From Bacteroidales bacterium (lineage in GTDB: Bacteria; Bacteroidota; Bacteroidia; Bacteroidales; VadinHA17), in NCBI GenBank assembly GCA_963668715.1, contig OY764960.1, forward strand, positions 2,681,078 through 2,745,077: a DNA stretch of 64,000 nt, written 5' to 3'. Positions 59,902-64,000 of the stretch are shown here, piece after piece. The translations under genes were made by a program, and so were the position numbers. Within the stretch, counting starts at the first letter, position 1. Each line of letters begins with the position of its first letter. The notes under the pieces were generated by a model. It was not told where the DNA came from. It did not search any database and worked only from the letters and a program-made list of their open reading frames with translations.

Positions 59902-61878
59902 ATGAAAAGAGCCCTGATCCTTTTTTTCTTATTTTTCTATTGTCTGGCAGTCCCGGCCCAGGTCATTTTCTATGAACCTTTGAGCGAAAGGATCACAGGA
60001 TATGATATGGATGTCGAACTTGACCCTGAAGCCAAAACAATATCAGGATCAATGGAAGCTTACTGGGTTAATAATTCAGATCACAGTGTCCCTGATGTGC
60101 AGATGCATATGTACCTTAATGCTTTCAGGAGTAATAAAACCACTTTCTATAGTGAAAATCACGGCAGCCCAGGTATCAGGAAAGAAGATTACGGGTGGAT
60201 AGAGATCAATAATATTATTAACCGGAAAGGCGCTGACCTTAAGAAATATATGAAGTATATCCAGCCGGACGATGGAAACCCGTATGATAAGACAGTGCTG
60301 CAATTGTTACTTCCGGAACCTGTTGCTCCCGGCGACACGGCATTCTTCTATATTGATTTTATATCAAAACTGCCTTCATCTATCAGGAGAACAGGATTTA
60401 GTGATGATTTTTTCTTTGTTGCCCAGTGGTTTCCCAAATTCGGAGTATACGAAAAGAAAGGTATGAGAATGGCAGAAGAGGACGGCTGGAACTGTCACCA
60501 GTTTCACTCCAGCTCTGAGTTTTATTCAAATCATAGCATATATAAAGTAAGGATCAAGGTCCCTGAAAAATTCGTCGTGGGCAGCGGCGGTCAGATGATA
60601 AGCGAAGAAGTGAACGACGAGGGTTACAAGATCATACATTACCGTGCCGAAGATATTGTGGATTTTGCATGGACTGCCTGGCCCGGATATAAAGAGCATG
60701 AAGATCAGTGGGAGCATGTAAAGATACGTTTCTTATATCCGCCCGGCAGGGAAGACCAGGTAGAAAGACAGATAACAGCAGTTAAGAACGCACTTGAGTA
60801 TTTTGATGAAAGGGTAGGACCTTTCCCCTGGCCCCACCTGACTTTTGTCGATCCGCCTACCAAAGGTTCAGGTGCCGGTGGTATGGAATATACTACTATT
60901 TTTACTTCCTCCAGCATGCCTAACATTCCTGACTATATACATATGCCGGAAATGGTCACAATTCATGAATTCGGGCATGCTTATTTCATGGGAATACTGG
61001 CAACGAATGAATTTGAAGAACCATGGATGGATGAGGGAATAAACTCATACTGGGAAGCCAGGATACTGGATCATTACTATGGCCCCGGCAAAGGGATGGT
61101 AAGCCATAGCAGATTCTATTTATCAGATACTGAAATGCAGAGGATAGGATATGTCCATGCTGCGAACAGGATGGTGTCGGATAACACCCCGTTCTCATGG
61201 GAATACCCGCACGGCTCTTACAGTATGTTATCATACCAGAAAGCGTCAACCTTGCTTCTTACCCTCCAGGGGATTATCGGCGAGGAGACAATGGATGAGA
61301 TTTTCAGAGAGTATTACAGGGAATGGGCTTTCGGGCATCCTGCAACAATGGATTTTATTAATGTTGCCAACAGGGTGGTAAGGGAGATGCATGGTGATAA
61401 ATACGGTGAGGACCTGAACTGGTTTTTTGACCAGACTCTTTTCGGCACCGGTATATGCGATTATAAGCTGGCAGGGATATCAAATTATAAGGACAGGTCG
61501 TTCAGAGGTATGGAAAAGACGGACACTGCAGGTATGGTAGTACTCAGGGATGATACCTCGGGAGACAGTCTTTATACTTCTGTGGTAAGGATCGAACGGC
61601 TGGGCGAGGTCCGGTTGCCTGTAGAAGTACTGGTACGTTTTGAGGATGGTACCGAAGTCAGGGAGTTCTGGCATGGTAACGGCAGATACAGGGATTTTGA
61701 ATACTCGGGATACACGAAGGTTGTTGAAGCAGTAATTGACCCTGAATACAAAATAACAATGGATGTCAATTATATTAATAATTCATATACTATCAAACCT
61801 GATAAGGTGCCCCAGAAGAGAATATTAAGAAAACTGGCAACTCTTATGCAGTTTTTTACTCAGATTATTTCATTATAA
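59902..61878 (+). CDS. M1 family metallopeptidase
   Basis: GGMEY, HEFGH...NEFEEPWMDEG, YQK. Confidence 0.9.
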   Translation: MKRALILFFLFFYCLAVPAQVIFYEPLSERITGYDMDVELDPEAKTISGSMEAYWVNNSDHSVPDVQMHMYLNAFRSNKTTFYSENHGSPGIRKEDYGWIEINNIINRKGADLKKYMKYIQPDDGNPYDKTVLQLLLPEPVAPGDTAFFYIDFISKLPSSIRRTGFSDDFFFVAQWFPKFGVYEKKGMRMAEEDGWNCHQFHSSSEFYSNHSIYKVRIKVPEKFVVGSGGQMISEEVNDEGYKIIHYRAEDIVDFAWTAWPGYKEHEDQWEHVKIRFLYPPGREDQVERQITAVKNALEYFDERVGPFPWPHLTFVDPPTKGSGAGGMEYTTIFTSSSMPNIPDYIHMPEMVTIHEFGHAYFMGILATNEFEEPWMDEGINSYWEARILDHYYGPGKGMVSHSRFYLSDTEMQRIGYVHAANRMVSDNTPFSWEYPHGSYSMLSYQKASTLLLTLQGIIGEETMDEIFREYYREWAFGHPATMDFINVANRVVREMHGDKYGEDLNWFFDQTLFGTGICDYKLAGISNYKDRSFRGMEKTDTAGMVVLRDDTSGDSLYTSVVRIERLGEVRLPVEVLVRFEDGTEVREFWHGNGRYRDFEYSGYTKVVEAVIDPEYKITMDVNYINNSYTIKPDKVPQKRILRKLATLMQFFTQIISL

Positions 61879-61890
61879 AAATCAGGTACT

Positions 61891-62736
61891 ATGAAATTTA
61901 TCAAAGCAGTAACCTCCGGAACAACCAGAGCCTTGCGTTCATTGAAAGCTCTACTGATAATCTGGCTTCTTACTTTCTCGTTTCTCGCAGTATTTCTTAC
62001 GCCACTGAAATCATTTGTTAATACGGCACTTGGAAATACAGCCTCGACAAACCTTCTGAATAATGGATTCAATATAAGTTTTTTTACCGATCTGGGACAG
62101 TCGTTTAATCCTATGATGTCGGCAATAAGCGGAGGTGTACTCATCTTATTGCTGTTGTTTTTCTTTCTTTATATTTTTATGTACGGGGGCCTGTTTGATT
62201 CATTACTTGAAAACAGGTTATCATATAAACCCGGAGAATTCTTCAGGGCATCGGCAAGATATTTCCTTTCATATACAGCAGTGGTACTGATCAGTATACT
62301 GATCATACTCTTTGTAATGTTTCTTGTTATAGGTTTACCTCTTATTATACAAGACCGGGGATCGGAAGAAAGCCTGATAAGACTGATGAAGATTCTTAGA
62401 ATAGTAGCTATACTTATACTTCCTGTCTTCCTCCTTGTTGCTGATTATGCCAGGGTTTGGCTCGCAGCAAATGATCAAAAGAAAGTTTTCAAAGCTCTTG
62501 GTTATGGCTTTAAGGCTACTTTCAGGTCTTTTTTAGGATCATATTTTTTCATGCTTCTTATGGTAATTATCCAGGCTCTTTTTACTGTGCTGGTGGTAGA
62601 TATACTTGCGGCATATACACCTGATAGCGGAGGAGGAATGTTCCTGTTATTCATGCTTTCGCAATTATTGTTCCTTATCAGGATATTCCTGAGAGCTGTA
62701 AGATACGGAGGTATCGCTGCCTTGTATCAGTTATAG
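61891..62736 (+). CDS. Hypothetical multi-pass membrane protein
   Basis: About six hydrophobic segments; follows the peptidase by 12 nt. Confidence 0.7.
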   Translation: MKFIKAVTSGTTRALRSLKALLIIWLLTFSFLAVFLTPLKSFVNTALGNTASTNLLNNGFNISFFTDLGQSFNPMMSAISGGVLILLLLFFFLYIFMYGGLFDSLLENRLSYKPGEFFRASARYFLSYTAVVLISILIILFVMFLVIGLPLIIQDRGSEESLIRLMKILRIVAILILPVFLLVADYARVWLAANDQKKVFKALGYGFKATFRSFLGSYFFMLLMVIIQALFTVLVVDILAAYTPDSGGGMFLLFMLSQLLFLIRIFLRAVRYGGIAALYQL

Positions 62737-62745
62737 AGTTATAAG

Positions 62746-62911
62746 CACAGTCGGCAGTCCACAGTCCACAGTCGGTAATTGGTATATTAGTTAATTAGTT
62801 AATTAGTTAATTAGCAGGCATTTAATACTATTTAAACTCATTCTCAACTTCATTCAACGCTGAACCGCTCAACGTGGAACTTGAAACCTGGAACCTGGAA
62901 TGCTGAACACC
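62746..62911. repeat. Composite short tandem repeat patch
   Basis: CACAGTC/GGCAGTC heptamers, (TTAGTTAA)3, TTAAACTCATTCTCAACT, AACNTGG-like heptamers. Confidence 0.8.
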
Positions 62912-63025
62912 AAATTATAGGTATTTATACTGCATACAAAATAGGTTTTAATATTCTTTTTCGTGATATTTTATCAGGGTAGCTTTGGTTGACATTTTTT
63001 AGTTAAGGGTAATAAATTATATCAC

Positions 63026-63808
63026 ATGGAGAGCCTCTTTAATATGTTAAAGGAGGACGTTAGATTTGAAGAAGCGTTCAATGCCTGTATGAACTGCGGA
63101 GTGTGTACGGCTATTTGTCCGGCTGCCGAGTTTTATAATTATGATCCGAGGAAAATAGTTGATATGGTTCAGACACGTGACAATAGTGTCATACTTGAAC
63201 TGTTAAAGAGTGAAACAATATGGTATTGCGGTCAGTGCATGTCCTGCAAGACAAGATGCCCCAGGGGGAATACGCCGGGTTCGATAATAATGGTACTGAG
63301 GCAACTTTCACAGAAGCTGGGTTATTTTACAGAATCGGAGAAAGGAAGGCAACAGTTTGCCGTAAAAAGAACGGCCGGCGATAATATATTGAATTACGGC
63401 TATTGTGTCCCTGCATATGCTGTTGTTCCTGAGAAACACCCTGAACAGGGACCGGTATGGGAACATATTTATAATAATCTGGAACATGTAATAGCCCGTT
63501 TTGGAGGTGAACTGAATGGTAGTGAAGGACCTCTGAGGGGATTCAGCCCTGAGGTGATGCAGGAGCTCAGAGATATTTTTAATATTACCGGGGGACAGGA
63601 TCTTTTTGATGCAATAGAGAAGTATTCTGAGAAGAAAGCTGCCGAGATGGGGCTTGAGTATGCCCCTGAAGGAACAGATTGTGAATATTTTAACTATGTA
63701 TATACCTATGACAGCGGATGTCATTTTTGTGATAGTTTATTAGAGGAAGAATATGAAACAGGAAGGCAAGAAAAGGATATGGAAGGAATTTCAGAAGGAG
63801 ATTCCTGA
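63026..63808 (+). CDS. Heterodisulfide reductase subunit C-like 4Fe-4S dicluster protein
   Basis: CMNCGVCTAICP, IWYCGQCMSCKTRCPRG. Confidence 0.85.
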   Translation: MESLFNMLKEDVRFEEAFNACMNCGVCTAICPAAEFYNYDPRKIVDMVQTRDNSVILELLKSETIWYCGQCMSCKTRCPRGNTPGSIIMVLRQLSQKLGYFTESEKGRQQFAVKRTAGDNILNYGYCVPAYAVVPEKHPEQGPVWEHIYNNLEHVIARFGGELNGSEGPLRGFSPEVMQELRDIFNITGGQDLFDAIEKYSEKKAAEMGLEYAPEGTDCEYFNYVYTYDSGCHFCDSLLEEEYETGRQEKDMEGISEGDS

Positions 63809-64000
63809 TGACCATTTTTTCTTTGTCAGGTCATGTATCAGGCAGAGTTTTTTCCCGGGGTCGGAGCAGTTTTTAATAAAGATGCTCAGGGAAGATCTCG
63901 GTAAGGATATATTTGAAGATCCCAGGCATACCACATGTACCGGTATCGGCTATCATGGCGATGTTGTTCCGTTTGATACCATACAGGCTGTTGTAGCCAG
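63753..64000 (+). CDS. Heterodisulfide reductase subunit B-like protein, 3'-truncated by window edge
   Basis: Not in the ORF track: MKQEGKKRIWKEFQKEIPDDHFFFVRSCIRQSFFPGSE...HTTCTGIGYHGD; overlaps the hdrC-like end. Confidence 0.7.
   Translation, partial: MKQEGKKRIWKEFQKEIPDDHFFFVRSCIRQSFFPGSEQFLIKMLREDLGKDIFEDPRHTTCTGIGYHGDVVPFDTIQAVVA

Overview
A gene-dense window that looks like an anaerobic Bacteroidota (Bacteroidales-like) chromosome, judged from TAnnTTTG promoter boxes and gene content. In order it carries an Mla/MCE ABC transporter, a PAS/two-component cluster, an EndoQ/PHP-UvrD fusion, a decayed ~9 kb island (with IS21 and IS630) integrated at the 3' end of tRNA-Pro(TGG), a DUF3857/transglutaminase pair, thrA, a decaying leucine-catabolism cluster, gatC-gatA-gatB::aspS, tRNA-Ser(GCT), rlmD, a polysulfide/thiosulfate reductase cluster and hdrC/hdrB-like genes. 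Five observations stand out. (1) A 384-bp tandem cassette of [tRNA-Pro nt 1-30 split by a 93-bp palindrome + small GIY-YIG nuclease] sits between the tRNA promoter and the intact tRNA, and the nuclease takes its C-terminus and stop codon from the tRNA. (2) A family of TCCCGA...TCGAGGATCCTCGA...TCGGGA palindromes inserts cleanly after CGG with no target duplication. (3) A poly-Asn leader-peptide attenuator precedes the gatCA-gatB::aspS operon. (4) A Thr/Ser-rich leader peptide precedes thrA. (5) Composite 7-9-mer tandem repeat patches recur in intergenic regions. All calls come from reading the sequence by eye; no database searches were run.
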